Shown: piece after piece, positions 1 through 9,429 of the stretch
Layout: every line of letters starts with the position of its first letter
Position numbering within the stretch: position 1 is the stretch's first letter
Source of the DNA: an uncultured Chlamydiae bacterium
GTDB lineage: Bacteria; Chlamydiota; Chlamydiia; Chlamydiales; JAJFMA01
Direction: 5' to 3'
DNA length: 64,000 nucleotides
Assembly (NCBI GenBank): GCA_963713615.1
Contig: CAVQMM010000001.1
Location: 2,688,001 to 2,752,000 of the forward strand
Notes under the pieces: model-generated
The model's input: the letters and a program-made list of their open reading frames with translations, nothing else
Told to the model about the DNA's origin: nothing
The model's database searches: none
Program-made: the position numbers and the translations under genes

Positions 1-1041
1 TTCAGGAAGATGATGAAACACGCGATAGAGGCTACGCGTCGAGAGCTTCCAGCCCATAAGGGCTCGCCACATCAGGCTCGGATTCAAGGTAGGAGGATCC
101 TTGCGATAGATTTCGTGTAGATGCTGAGCAAGATTAGGCTGTGAAAGATGCCACCGGCTCAAATGTCGCAGTAAAGCCCCTGGACTAGTCACAAACTGCC
201 CCATCCAAAAGCCGCCACGGTCATATCTAAATTGATAATCATAGACAGTGAGGTAATCGGCATCTGGAGCCACCTTCTCAACCTTCGACAACACATGTTG
301 GGCAAACCAAGTGGCCCACCAGTGGTTCTGGGGTAGTAGACGAACACCCTCAGGAGCCTGATGCCGATCTATGCGGTTTCCGCGCATGATGACGATACGC
401 CCATCGGCCAAGGCCATAGCATCGAGATAATCAGGTCGTTCCAGACATAATCGCTCTAGTTGTGTGATAAAGTCTTCAGCATGCTTCGTGACGATGTAAT
501 CGAGTCGTACATAATCCCTAGATGGTTCTAAAGCAATCTTTACAGCGGTCAAATGCGCTAAAGTACCATAAGAACCTGCTAGACCATAAAACAAATCGGC
601 ATCGGCCTGAGGGGAAATACGCTTCAGCGTTCCATCAGCCAACAAAACCTCATACTCGAAGCAAATATCGTTGAACTGTCCATGCGCAAATGAACCACTC
701 TCCAGACCAGCTCCCATGATCGCGCCGCCAACGGTGATCCCTTTACATTCGGGCAAAACACTTGGTATTAGATGTTCTGTGAGACAGGCAGTTGCCAAAG
801 CATCCATTGTCACACCAGGCTCGACCCAGGCGTAGGCAGCAGTATGGTATACCTCAAGGACGCTATTGAGAGCGCGAAAGGAAATAGGCTTCTTGCCGGG
901 AACTCGACCACGCGTCACATGGGAAACTTCGGAAGGATCACGCCCACGCACAACAGTCTTACCAGCAGCAGCTGCCCCTTTAAGCTGCTCGCTCAACAAA
1001 GCAACCTGTTTATTATGCGTCTGCCAAAGCGATGTTGTCAT
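1..1041 (-). CDS. FAD-binding oxidoreductase, delta(24)-sterol reductase (DHCR24)-like; runs off window start; paralogue of 1038..2549
   Basis: Not in ORF track. Translated by hand from ATG at 1041, which overlaps the upstream TGA (ATGA): MTTSLWQTHNKQV...WVEPGVTMDAL...PECKGITVGGAIMGAGLESGSFAHGQFND...DLFYGLAGSYGTLA, collinear with the upstream paralogue. Confidence 0.85.
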   Translation of the reverse strand, partial: MTTSLWQTHNKQVALLSEQLKGAAAAGKTVVRGRDPSEVSHVTRGRVPGKKPISFRALNSVLEVYHTAAYAWVEPGVTMDALATACLTEHLIPSVLPECKGITVGGAIMGAGLESGSFAHGQFNDICFEYEVLLADGTLKRISPQADADLFYGLAGSYGTLAHLTAVKIALEPSRDYVRLDYIVTKHAEDFITQLERLCLERPDYLDAMALADGRIVIMRGNRIDRHQAPEGVRLLPQNHWWATWFAQHVLSKVEKVAPDADYLTVYDYQFRYDRGGFWMGQFVTSPGALLRHLSRWHLSQPNLAQHLHEIYRKDPPTLNPSLMWRALMGWKLSTRSLYRVFHHLPE

Positions 1042-2549
1042 GCCTTAGCCTCAGCAGCAAGTCGTGTATGGCTATGTGTCTTTTCGTAGAAATCCTCCCA
1101 TAGCCCTTCGCCAGCATATTCCCTACGCAAGGCTAGATAGCGAACGCGATCGTATGTTCTCCAAAACTCCGCTTCAGGAATGTAGTTAAGAGCATAGAGC
1201 ATCTTACGACCACCAAGGTGATGAGCCAATGACTCCAAGGCTCGGGTTGTCTCCGGAGCCTCACGACCATGATGTGGGACCCCATAGACTCCCACATTCA
1301 CAAAATCCGGTAACGTTGACTGTGAAGCATTTTCATGAAAATGTGGCGATAAAAATTGACCATTTTGCGTGCCACGCACTGGGCACAACCAAAGCGGATA
1401 GATACCCACTTCGCGCCGCACATGTTCTAAAAACGCCCGGAGAGATACCATCGGAATATAAAAGTCTTGAATGACATATTTACGCGCGAGCACGTCAGTC
1501 GGCAGTGCATGCAGCCCTTTGTACAGGGAGCCGCTAGACATTTTCCAACCGCATAGCAAACGAAAGAGCAAACTGGGGGATAACGTGGTGGATCCCCTTT
1601 CTTCTGCACTACGAAGCGATTGAATCATCTCTGGCGAAGAAACATTCCAACGCGTCATGTAACGAACAAAAAGCCTCCAGTCAGTACAAAACTGGCCCAT
1701 CCAAAAAGCCGAACGGTCAAAGCGGAAAATATAATCCCATAAGGGGAAGAAGTCCTCGATAGTCTCCCCAAGGGATTTAGACTTTATCCTATCAAGGATA
1801 TGTTGAATGAACCAAGGTCGCCAAAAACCCTCTAGACGCTCCAAGCGCGCCCCAGCAGGAAGTTTATCAGCAGCAACCTGGTAACCCGCCATCAATACCG
1901 CGCGTTTGCTGTCTAAGACTATGCCATCTAAAAAATCGGGACGCAGATCATTCTGGCATAGCCTCTCTATCTCATCTTTAAGGCGCTCGAGGTCTTCTAC
2001 GATGTGATAGCATAAACGTACCATGCCCTTAGCAGGCACCAAGCGTACTCGAGCAGCTGTTAAACTTGCCAAAGAGCCATATGACCCCGATACGCCATAA
2101 AAGAGATCCTGATTTTGCTCGGATGAGGCATGGAGAATTCTGCCGTCGCCTAATAACAACTCGTAAGCATCGCATGTATCGCTAAACTGTCCCTCGCGAA
2201 ACGATGAGCTTTCCAAAGCAGCACCCATGACCGCTCCGCCAACGGTAATACCCTTAAATTCGCAGACGACCTCAGGAATAAGCTTACGTTTCAACGTCCA
2301 GCGGCATAGCCGCTCCATGGTAACCCCAGGCTCTACCCAAACGCTGTTACCTTCCAAGCCTAAAATACTATCCAAGGACGAAACAGAAACCACGCGCTTA
2401 CTTTCATTAGGTACGGGACGTCGGGTGACATGAGGTAGTTTTCCTGACCCTCTACCACGTGAAACCAAGGTGTTCTCGCCGTGTGTGTTTTGTAGCAGCA
2501 GCTGTAGCTGCACCACTTGTTGTTCATGTCGCTGCCAATCAACGTTCAT
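1038..2549 (-). CDS. FAD-binding oxidoreductase, DHCR24-like (FAD_binding_4/VAO fold)
   Basis: VEPGVTM, EFKGITVGGAVMGAALESSSFREGQF, DLFYGVSGSYGSL, QDFYIP, YPLWLCP, GGRKMLYA motifs. Start moved to ATG 2549 (MNVDWQRH), just after the tex stop. Confidence 0.8.
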   Translation of the reverse strand: MNVDWQRHEQQVVQLQLLLQNTHGENTLVSRGRGSGKLPHVTRRPVPNESKRVVSVSSLDSILGLEGNSVWVEPGVTMERLCRWTLKRKLIPEVVCEFKGITVGGAVMGAALESSSFREGQFSDTCDAYELLLGDGRILHASSEQNQDLFYGVSGSYGSLASLTAARVRLVPAKGMVRLCYHIVEDLERLKDEIERLCQNDLRPDFLDGIVLDSKRAVLMAGYQVAADKLPAGARLERLEGFWRPWFIQHILDRIKSKSLGETIEDFFPLWDYIFRFDRSAFWMGQFCTDWRLFVRYMTRWNVSSPEMIQSLRSAEERGSTTLSPSLLFRLLCGWKMSSGSLYKGLHALPTDVLARKYVIQDFYIPMVSLRAFLEHVRREVGIYPLWLCPVRGTQNGQFLSPHFHENASQSTLPDFVNVGVYGVPHHGREAPETTRALESLAHHLGGRKMLYALNYIPEAEFWRTYDRVRYLALRREYAGEGLWEDFYEKTHSHTRLAAEAKA

Positions 2550-2553
2550 TGTA

Positions 2554-4785
2554 TCACAGACTGCTGAAGGGATTGTGCGCAAAGGCTGTTGTCTTCTTAG
2601 CTCCACTTACTGGCTTTGCAACAGCCTTTTCCTCCAGACGAGCCGTCAAAGAAATACGCTTACGGGGAATATCGATTTCCATGACCTTTACTTTTAGACG
2701 GTCACCTGCTTTGACAACCTCACTGGGATCTTTTACGTACCGATCCGACAGCTGCGAAATATGAATAAGACCGTCTTGGTGAACACCAATATCTATAAAG
2801 GCCCCAAAGGCAGTCACGTTAGTAACAATGCCCTCTAGGATCATCCCTAGCTTGAGGTCTTCCAAGCCTCTGACATCTTCGCGAAATCGTGGAGGTTCAA
2901 AGCTTTCGCGAGGATCACGACCTGGCTTCTTAAGTTCATCCAAGATATCTCTAAGAGTCGGTTCGCCCACTTCAGCACTAATATAGCGTCTAATATCTAT
3001 GCGTCCCACCAGGTCGGATCTACCGATAAGATTTTCTAGTGAAACTCCCAGGTCATTAGCCATTGCTTCTACAAGCTTGTAGCGTTCTGGGTGCACCGCC
3101 GATGAATCCAAGGGATGCTTTCCACCACAAATGCGTAAGAAACCAGCAGCTTGCTCGAAGGTGCGAGCACCCAATCCGGATACCTGTGTGAGTTCATTGC
3201 GACTAGTAAACCGACCATGCTGATCGCGGTAGGAGACAATCTTCTTGGCTATTGACGGGCCAATCCCCGCCACATAAGATAATAACGGGGCGCTAGCGGT
3301 ATTGAGCTCTACCCCAACACGGTTAACACAGCTCTCTACAACTTCATTTAGCTTAGAATCAAGTAGGGGCTGATAGACATCATGTTGATACTGTCCAACA
3401 CCAATGGCCTTGGGTTCTACTTTGACCAATTCCGCTAGAGGATCTTGAAAACGCCTGGCGATGGAGATGGCTCCACGAATAGTCAAATCCAGCTCGGGAA
3501 ATTCTTCACGAGCGATATCGGAGGCGGAGTAAACGCTGGCTCCAGCCTCGCTAACTTGTACAACAACAATATCACTCTTGCCAGAAGCAGAGAACAGCTG
3601 CCGAATAAAAGCCTCTGTTTCACGACCTGCCGTACCATTGCCGACAGCAATCGCCCAAGGTTTGTACTTTTCCACAAAAGCTATAAAAGCTACTTTAGCT
3701 TTAGCCAACGATTGCTCTCCTTGAGATAGATAGATGGTGATGGTATCCAAAAATTTACCAGTCTCCGCAATAGCCGCACATTTGCAACCTGTACGCAAAC
3801 CAGGGTCCACGCCAATCACTGCCCTACTGCCTGCTGGGGCAGACAGCAATAAAGTTCTTAGATTTTGAGCAAAGACATCCACAGCAGCGCGATCGGACTG
3901 CATTTTTAGATCTACATGGATGTCTGTTTCCACTCCAGGAGCTATCAAGCGCTTATAGCTATCTTCCACAGCCATGCATAACTGGGATCCAAAAGGGGAA
4001 GAAGGTGAATAGCCCATGCGTCGCTGAATCTCAGCGACAATCGGAGGACTATCCAGATCGAGAGACATCGACAAAATCCCCTCTTTTTCTCCACGACGAA
4101 TGGCGAGATAGCGATGTGAAGGAATCTTAGACACGGGTTCCTTAAAATCGTAGTAACGATCGAATTTAGTCACTGCCTGAGCATGCTCAGAGCGCACTTT
4201 CGAAATCAATAACCCTTGCGTGGCAAACGCTTGACGAACCAAACTACGCACTTCAATACGTTCCGAGGTCATTTCAGCGACAATGTGACGAGCGCCCTCC
4301 AATGCTTCTTCAACGGTCGTGACGCCCTTCTCTGCATCGATGAAAACGGCAGCCTCATCAATAGGATTGCCCGCTTTAGGTTGCTCCGCAATACGTAATG
4401 CAAGAGGTTCTAGCCCCTTCTCCCGAGCGATCATGGCCTTAGTGCGACGCTTCGGTTTGTAAGGTAAATACAAATCCTCCAACGAATTCTTACATTTACA
4501 CTGCAAAATCTTCTTCTTCAGATCCTCGGTGAGCTTGCCTTGAGATTCAATCGAGCTAAGAATGGTATGACGCCGCTCTTCCATCTCCGTGAGATAGTCC
4601 AGACGTTCTTGAATAGCTCTAATAGCCACTTCATCAAGATTACCAGTTGCCTCCTTGCGATAGCGAGCTATGAAGGGAACGGTATTTCCAGCCTGCAGTA
4701 ATTCGACAACGGCGATGACTTGGCTGATAGGTATATTCACATCATTGGCAAGGATCGGTACGAGCAGGTTCCATTCTTTTGTCAT
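2554..4785 (-). CDS. tex: Tex family transcription accessory protein with C-terminal S1 domain
   Basis: GNTVPFIARYRKEATG, GVDPGLRTGCK, SEAGASVYSAS, GVGQYQHD, FGAFIDIGVHQDGLIHIS. Confidence 0.95.
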   Translation of the reverse strand: MTKEWNLLVPILANDVNIPISQVIAVVELLQAGNTVPFIARYRKEATGNLDEVAIRAIQERLDYLTEMEERRHTILSSIESQGKLTEDLKKKILQCKCKNSLEDLYLPYKPKRRTKAMIAREKGLEPLALRIAEQPKAGNPIDEAAVFIDAEKGVTTVEEALEGARHIVAEMTSERIEVRSLVRQAFATQGLLISKVRSEHAQAVTKFDRYYDFKEPVSKIPSHRYLAIRRGEKEGILSMSLDLDSPPIVAEIQRRMGYSPSSPFGSQLCMAVEDSYKRLIAPGVETDIHVDLKMQSDRAAVDVFAQNLRTLLLSAPAGSRAVIGVDPGLRTGCKCAAIAETGKFLDTITIYLSQGEQSLAKAKVAFIAFVEKYKPWAIAVGNGTAGRETEAFIRQLFSASGKSDIVVVQVSEAGASVYSASDIAREEFPELDLTIRGAISIARRFQDPLAELVKVEPKAIGVGQYQHDVYQPLLDSKLNEVVESCVNRVGVELNTASAPLLSYVAGIGPSIAKKIVSYRDQHGRFTSRNELTQVSGLGARTFEQAAGFLRICGGKHPLDSSAVHPERYKLVEAMANDLGVSLENLIGRSDLVGRIDIRRYISAEVGEPTLRDILDELKKPGRDPRESFEPPRFREDVRGLEDLKLGMILEGIVTNVTAFGAFIDIGVHQDGLIHISQLSDRYVKDPSEVVKAGDRLKVKVMEIDIPRKRISLTARLEEKAVAKPVSGAKKTTAFAHNPFSSL

Positions 4786-4944
4786 AAATAGCAGGACTCA
4801 CAGCATAAGGTTAGGGTAATAATGAAAGAGATAGGCTATACGGTCGGCCTAAAAAAATACAATACGAAATAATGTGCAGCGCCATTCGATGGCTGCAAAA
4901 TTATCTTTCATGCTACAAATGAGAAATTTACAATTTCGGTATAT

Positions 4945-5763
4945 ATGGCTAATTCACCAAGCTGCTTTCGCCTGCCTTCTAAAGCCATTATTGGCATGGT
5001 TCACGTTGCCGCCCTTCCAGGAACTCCCCACGGAATGTTGCCTGTACGAGAAATTGCGCGTTTGGCTGTCGAAGAAGCCGAGGTTCTTGCAACTGCTGGT
5101 TGCGATGCAATCATGATTGAAAATATGCACGACCGTCCCCATCTTTTTGGCGATGTCGGACCCGAAATCGTGGCTGCAATGACAGCTGTGGGAATAGCAG
5201 TTCGCCAGAAAATAACCATTCCATTGGGTATCCAAATTCTTGTAGGGGCTAACGAAGAAGCCTTGGCCGTAGCACAAGGGTGCCAGGCACAGTTTATCCG
5301 TGCTGATGCTTTTGTTTTTGCACACATTTCAAATACAGGCTTTACACAGAAGGCCGATGCAGGCCCCTTATTGCGCTACCGTAAGCAAATTGAAGCCACG
5401 GACATCGCTATTTTTGCCGATATTAAAAAGAAGCATAGTAGTCACGCCATCACCGCTGATCTGTCTATCAGCGATGTCGCCCGTGAAGCTGAATATTATG
5501 GAGCTGATGGCTTGGTCGTCACCGGTCTCGCTACAGGCCTACCGACAAGCCCCCAGGACGTTCAAAACGTAAAAAATTCAGTCTCCTGCCCTGTCCTCGT
5601 AGGCAGCGGTGTCACTCCACGAGATATCGGTGCTCTCTGGGAACATGCCGATGCCTTCATCGTCGGGTCCTACTTCAAGCAAGAAGGGCTTTGGTATAAG
5701 AAAATTGATCCTCGACGACTTGAAGCTTTCATGGGCTCCGTCAATGAGCTGCGTGTGGTATAA
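4945..5763 (+). CDS. BtpA/SgcQ family protein
   Basis: IIGMVHVAALPGTP, IENMHDRP, DIKKKHS, GADGLVVTG, PVLVGSGVT, DAFIVGSYFK. Confidence 0.9.
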   Translation: MANSPSCFRLPSKAIIGMVHVAALPGTPHGMLPVREIARLAVEEAEVLATAGCDAIMIENMHDRPHLFGDVGPEIVAAMTAVGIAVRQKITIPLGIQILVGANEEALAVAQGCQAQFIRADAFVFAHISNTGFTQKADAGPLLRYRKQIEATDIAIFADIKKKHSSHAITADLSISDVAREAEYYGADGLVVTGLATGLPTSPQDVQNVKNSVSCPVLVGSGVTPRDIGALWEHADAFIVGSYFKQEGLWYKKIDPRRLEAFMGSVNELRVV

Positions 5764-5765
5764 CA

Positions 5766-8021
5766 TCAATAGGGACGCAAGCCTACATCACCCAAAACGA
5801 TAACCCACGATGAAGTTCGATCAAACACAAAGCGAATACCGGCAAGTTTGGTAGGATCAAAGGCCGGTGTGACTTTCACAAAGTCCTTTAGGGGGAAAAC
5901 AAAACTCTGATAGACGATATCCGTGGACTCATCACTTTCTAAAAAGTCAGCCTTCCAAAGTTTAGCCCCTAAGGAGGGTTGCAAGGCACAGCAGTGACTC
6001 AAGGGCAGTCGCGCTTGATGGCCATCGCGGTCGATCACTTCAACCGTTAAGTCCACAGGTTCATCACTTCCCTCATAAGGCAATCCCATATTTGGGATGG
6101 GATGCTCTTCTGCATCGGCCATAACAAAAATCAGAGAGCTTTCAGGATTAATCACAACATCACTTTTCTCAGGAAGCTCAATCGTGTAACTAGGAGTGCC
6201 ATGCCCTGCGGAATGGTCCCATCCCAGAAAAACGGCTCTGGTATCCATGCAACCATACTTAAGGCACACTTCATGTTGCCGCCAGAGTGTCAGATTTTTG
6301 CCATACTGATGCCCCCCGGGGAGGCTCGTTTGGCTAACATCCAAGCCATTGTCAAAAGTGCTAATATAGCGATAGGTGGGATCAGCATATTGGGTAATAT
6401 AGACTGTTTTGGGCAGCCAATGCCCTCCCCAGCGATGATCGCGAAATAACTCTCGGTAGCCAATTTGTTTTTTTAATGTGGAATCAAGAAAGGCGCTAAC
6501 ATAGACCTGTGCAATGCGTCGTTGCTCTTCAGGGGGTAAGATGGGGCGTACATTTAACAGGTAGGCTTCGAGGGGCCATTGATCATACCTGCCCCACTTA
6601 GTATTGAACTGGCCGTGATTAGCTCCATAAATATATAGACTCGCCTTAAACCAATCTCCGCCATCATCAAGAACCACACGTTCATATTGCGAAGCCCCTT
6701 GAAAGGCGCGCACATCACCGTCATAGACGCCGTGCATGACTAAGTAGTTAATGTTTGATAAGGGCGTATGACGTCCAGTAGGTTGATATTGTGCGTCCAC
6801 AGGTGCAATGGCTATAACCGAGCGGATTCCAAAGTTGAAATCAAAGGAGATCATGCAGTCATCGGGATAGTAGGGTAAACGGTTAAATGCGGCAGCCAAC
6901 GCAACCGCCTCACCGCCTCTGGAATGCCCGATGAGGGCAACGTTGTTCATATCCACTTGTTCAAACAAGGGATTGTCGGAGCTTTTGTTCCAGTCGCGCC
7001 AGAGCTTCAGGTGCTGAAGGATGATCCAGGCCCGCGCATTATTGCGGCTAATGCCTTGCCAAAGACTATGCCAGGAACTGTTAAGGAAATTTTCGTCTAT
7101 GGAAGCAACGATATAGCCACGACTAGCGAGAAGTTTTCCGAGGTATTCATAGCCTGCGTCAGAGCTCATCTCCATCAATGAATTGCCATGCACAATAACG
7201 ACAAGAGGGAATGGTCCCTTTCCCTCAGGCATATAGACTCGTCCATTTAACGGCAGGGCATCTGGGCCGAAACCCCAGTAGTAAGTGCGCAACCATCCAG
7301 CCCACCCATACCAATCGTCAACGAAAGCAGTTCCATCGATTGGGGAAGTTATGATGGTTGCATGAGAATTAAACTCGGGTCGACGGATATCCTTACCAGA
7401 GCCATAGTACAAGGTACGTATCGCATACGGCCCCACCTCATCAGGACTTTCAAGAGTTGATGCCACTACCGAGTGAGTCGCTGAAGCATCGGTAGGAATC
7501 TGAATGTCTTCCCCTTCACTAAACGTCCAGATGCCAATGCCGACCAAAGCTACAGTACTCGCCAGAAAGGCAATGCCTACCAAAATATTCCTGAAAAATC
7601 CGGTAAAGCGCCAGCGACCCTTGATGTAAAAGGCCAATCCTGCGCCGAACAAAGCTACTGGTGGAAGAAGGTAGGCAGCTAGGATGAGGACAGTAGTGTT
7701 GTCTAATGTATCGAAAGCGACACACATCAGCAATACAGCAACCACCACCGACCAGCTAAAATAGGCGGGAAGCGCATAAATGATTGCCCAAAGCAGCAAG
7801 CCAAAAAAAACGGTTATGCCAGCTAGAGCGAACCCTCCAAAAGTGGCCAACCAAGGCACCAACCAGCGTGGAGGCGTGAGAAAATAACCGTGCACAAAGA
7901 TAGCCCATAACAATATCCCAATACATAAAATAGCCAGGGTGGCGCCTTTCCAAAATAAAGACGTCCTAACACCCAATCGATGTAACCACTCCGTGCTGTT
8001 TCGGTACCAATTCGAGCCCAT
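5766..8021 (-). CDS. Membrane-anchored alpha/beta hydrolase (chlorophyllase/lipase-like)
   Basis: N-terminal TM segments, then GPFPLVVIVHGN, LASRGYIVASID, nucleophile elbow GHSRGG, GANHGQFN. Likely start ATG 8021; the ORF-track extension is translated repeat DNA. Confidence 0.8.
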   Translation of the reverse strand: MGSNWYRNSTEWLHRLGVRTSLFWKGATLAILCIGILLWAIFVHGYFLTPPRWLVPWLATFGGFALAGITVFFGLLLWAIIYALPAYFSWSVVVAVLLMCVAFDTLDNTTVLILAAYLLPPVALFGAGLAFYIKGRWRFTGFFRNILVGIAFLASTVALVGIGIWTFSEGEDIQIPTDASATHSVVASTLESPDEVGPYAIRTLYYGSGKDIRRPEFNSHATIITSPIDGTAFVDDWYGWAGWLRTYYWGFGPDALPLNGRVYMPEGKGPFPLVVIVHGNSLMEMSSDAGYEYLGKLLASRGYIVASIDENFLNSSWHSLWQGISRNNARAWIILQHLKLWRDWNKSSDNPLFEQVDMNNVALIGHSRGGEAVALAAAFNRLPYYPDDCMISFDFNFGIRSVIAIAPVDAQYQPTGRHTPLSNINYLVMHGVYDGDVRAFQGASQYERVVLDDGGDWFKASLYIYGANHGQFNTKWGRYDQWPLEAYLLNVRPILPPEEQRRIAQVYVSAFLDSTLKKQIGYRELFRDHRWGGHWLPKTVYITQYADPTYRYISTFDNGLDVSQTSLPGGHQYGKNLTLWRQHEVCLKYGCMDTRAVFLGWDHSAGHGTPSYTIELPEKSDVVINPESSLIFVMADAEEHPIPNMGLPYEGSDEPVDLTVEVIDRDGHQARLPLSHCCALQPSLGAKLWKADFLESDESTDIVYQSFVFPLKDFVKVTPAFDPTKLAGIRFVFDRTSSWVIVLGDVGLRPY

Positions 8022-8129
8022 TGGCAAAATGCTCCTGTTTCTTTCTGTGATACCATAGCTGCGTACAAGATCAAGAAACTTTTTATGATGAGAGGTAGGA
8101 AGAGAGGAAGGGGAGGAGGAGAAGAGGAA

Positions 8130-9103
8130 AATAGGATTTTTACCACAGAGAACGCCGAGATAGAAGAGAGAAGAAAGGAAAGAAAAGGACAAATGGTTCA
8201 TCCGGTTTTGTAGGACTTGACTACACAGGCAGGCGTGAGCCCAAAAACATGATTCATAGGATATGAGGTAATTGCAGAAGTCCGATTTTCCGAAGTCAAT
8301 TTCCTGAAAATCGGATGCCGGTGAAGAGAGAGTCATTCCCTTCCGAGGCCCGAAGGGTCGATATTGCAACAGGCCATGGCATCGCCACATAGGCCTCAAC
8401 CTAAGCCTAACAATCGTATCTCGGCGCGCAGCGCTTTGGAGTGCGGTCGCTTGCGACCGCTTTGGGTTCCTTGCGACGGTCGTGTGCAACGGCATCACTA
8501 TAATTCCCTAAGGGTAAAATAGTTAGTACATGCAGCCTTCGACGAATCCATACAATGCCGTTTAGCATTGCCGTCCCAAGGAACGAAAAGCGGTCGCAAG
8601 CGACCGCACTCCAAAGCGCTGCGCGCCGAGATACGATTGTGAAGTCCTAAGTCATTGAGATATAAGCTCAAAAGACCTGTTAGGTTGAGGCCTATGTGGC
8701 ATCGCCATGGTATATGCCAAAACGGTTTTAGCAGCCTGTAGGGCTGCCATAAAGCGCATGCATAAATGGTGTTTGTAAACTGGCGTCTTGTAGCAGTCCT
8801 TCAGACTGCGAAATCCCTTCCTGGCATATACCATGGCCTGTTGCAATATCGACCCTTCGGGCCTGGGAAGGGAGTTTCCAGACTGGATAATGCCATACCA
8901 CTTAAGCTCTCCAGAATCGCCTTCTCACAAAAAAAAGTGATTTTTTTTCAAAGAATCGATCCATGAGAGCCCAAATACTTCTGCAATTACCTCATATGGA
9001 CATCTATTAAACAATAAACAAAAACCATTCGATTTTTCTTCTCCTTCCTCTTCCCTTTCCTCTTTCTCTCCTATCTCGGCGTTCTCTGTAGTAAAATCCT
9101 ATT
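8130..9103. repeat. Nested inverted-repeat composite, copy 1
   Basis: Outer AGGATTTTTACCACAGAG...GAGATAG inverted pair. Inside it, perfect 17-bp TIR GAGGTAATTGCAGAAGT (8265) / ACTTCTGCAATTACCTC (ends 8993), flanked by ATAT, then further IR layers. Related copies at 36908, 61372 and 12208. Confidence 0.9.
8388..8696 (+). mobile_element. 309-bp non-autonomous element (IS4/IS231-like MITE) carrying a REP-like hairpin doublet
   Basis: TIR CATAGGCCTCAACCTAA/TTAGGTTGAGGCCTATG; 11-bp direct repeat TGGCATCGCCA at 8377-8387 and 8697-8707. Confidence 0.85.
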
Positions 9104-9114
9104 CCTCACAAACC

Positions 9115-9143
9115 TTGACAAAAAATAACTGCATAGGTAAAAT
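9115..9143 (+). promoter_or_regulatory. sigma70/sigma66-type promoter
   Basis: TTGACA-N17-TAAAAT; predicted TSS about 9150-9151, at the ATG of uORF1. Confidence 0.75.
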
Positions 9144-9150
9144 TGTGGCT

Positions 9151-9228
9151 ATGAAAGCAAAAACTCAGGTTCACATCCTCGCACCCTCGGTAGTCTTCGG
9201 CTCCATGTCCTGCTTGATGCGCGGCTAG
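9151..9228 (+). CDS. Putative leader peptide 1 (MKAKTQVHILAPSVVFGSMSCLMRG)
   Basis: Starts at the predicted TSS; homologous to uORF2; stop lies within hairpin ATGCGC-GGCTA-GCGCAT. Confidence 0.6.
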   Translation: MKAKTQVHILAPSVVFGSMSCLMRG

Positions 9229-9243
9229 CGCATATCATTTTTT
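9215..9243 (+). terminator. Candidate attenuator terminator overlapping the uORF1 stop
   Basis: TGATGCGC-GGCTA-GCGCATATCA followed by TTTTTT. Confidence 0.45.
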
Positions 9244-9297
9244 CCTCTTAGCCTCATTTTGTCCCAACTTAGTGGTTTTGAAAAAGCAGGAACCCAT

Positions 9298-9360
9298 ATG
9301 AAAAAAGCATATCAAAATATTTCGGTTTTTAGCGTAATGCACTCGATCATGCGCACTTAG
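9298..9360 (+). CDS. Putative leader peptide 2 (MKKAYQNISVFSVMHSIMRT)
   Basis: AGGA upstream; same VFxxMxx[LI]MRx-stop motif and ATGCGC-N5-GCGCAT hairpin as uORF1. Confidence 0.6.
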   Translation: MKKAYQNISVFSVMHSIMRT

Positions 9361-9429
9361 CGCATATAATCAATACCACTCCAGCGTTATTACATTTCGA
9401 ATATTTTATTAGAGGTTTATAATTATATC

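Noticed and set aside
8022..8498. N-terminal 159 aa of the 910-aa ORF
   Set aside because: Mostly translation of repeat DNA; part of the same peptide recurs at 36938 and 61312
8652..8966. Small ORFs in composite repeats (also 12256, 36915, 37144, 37301, 61669, 61940)
   Set aside because: Frames differ between copies and follow the palindromic structure; no coding evidence
9144..9429. SAM riboswitch or T-box upstream of the SAM-hydrolase-family gene
   Set aside because: No consensus recognised by eye; an Rfam cmscan would be needed to exclude it formally
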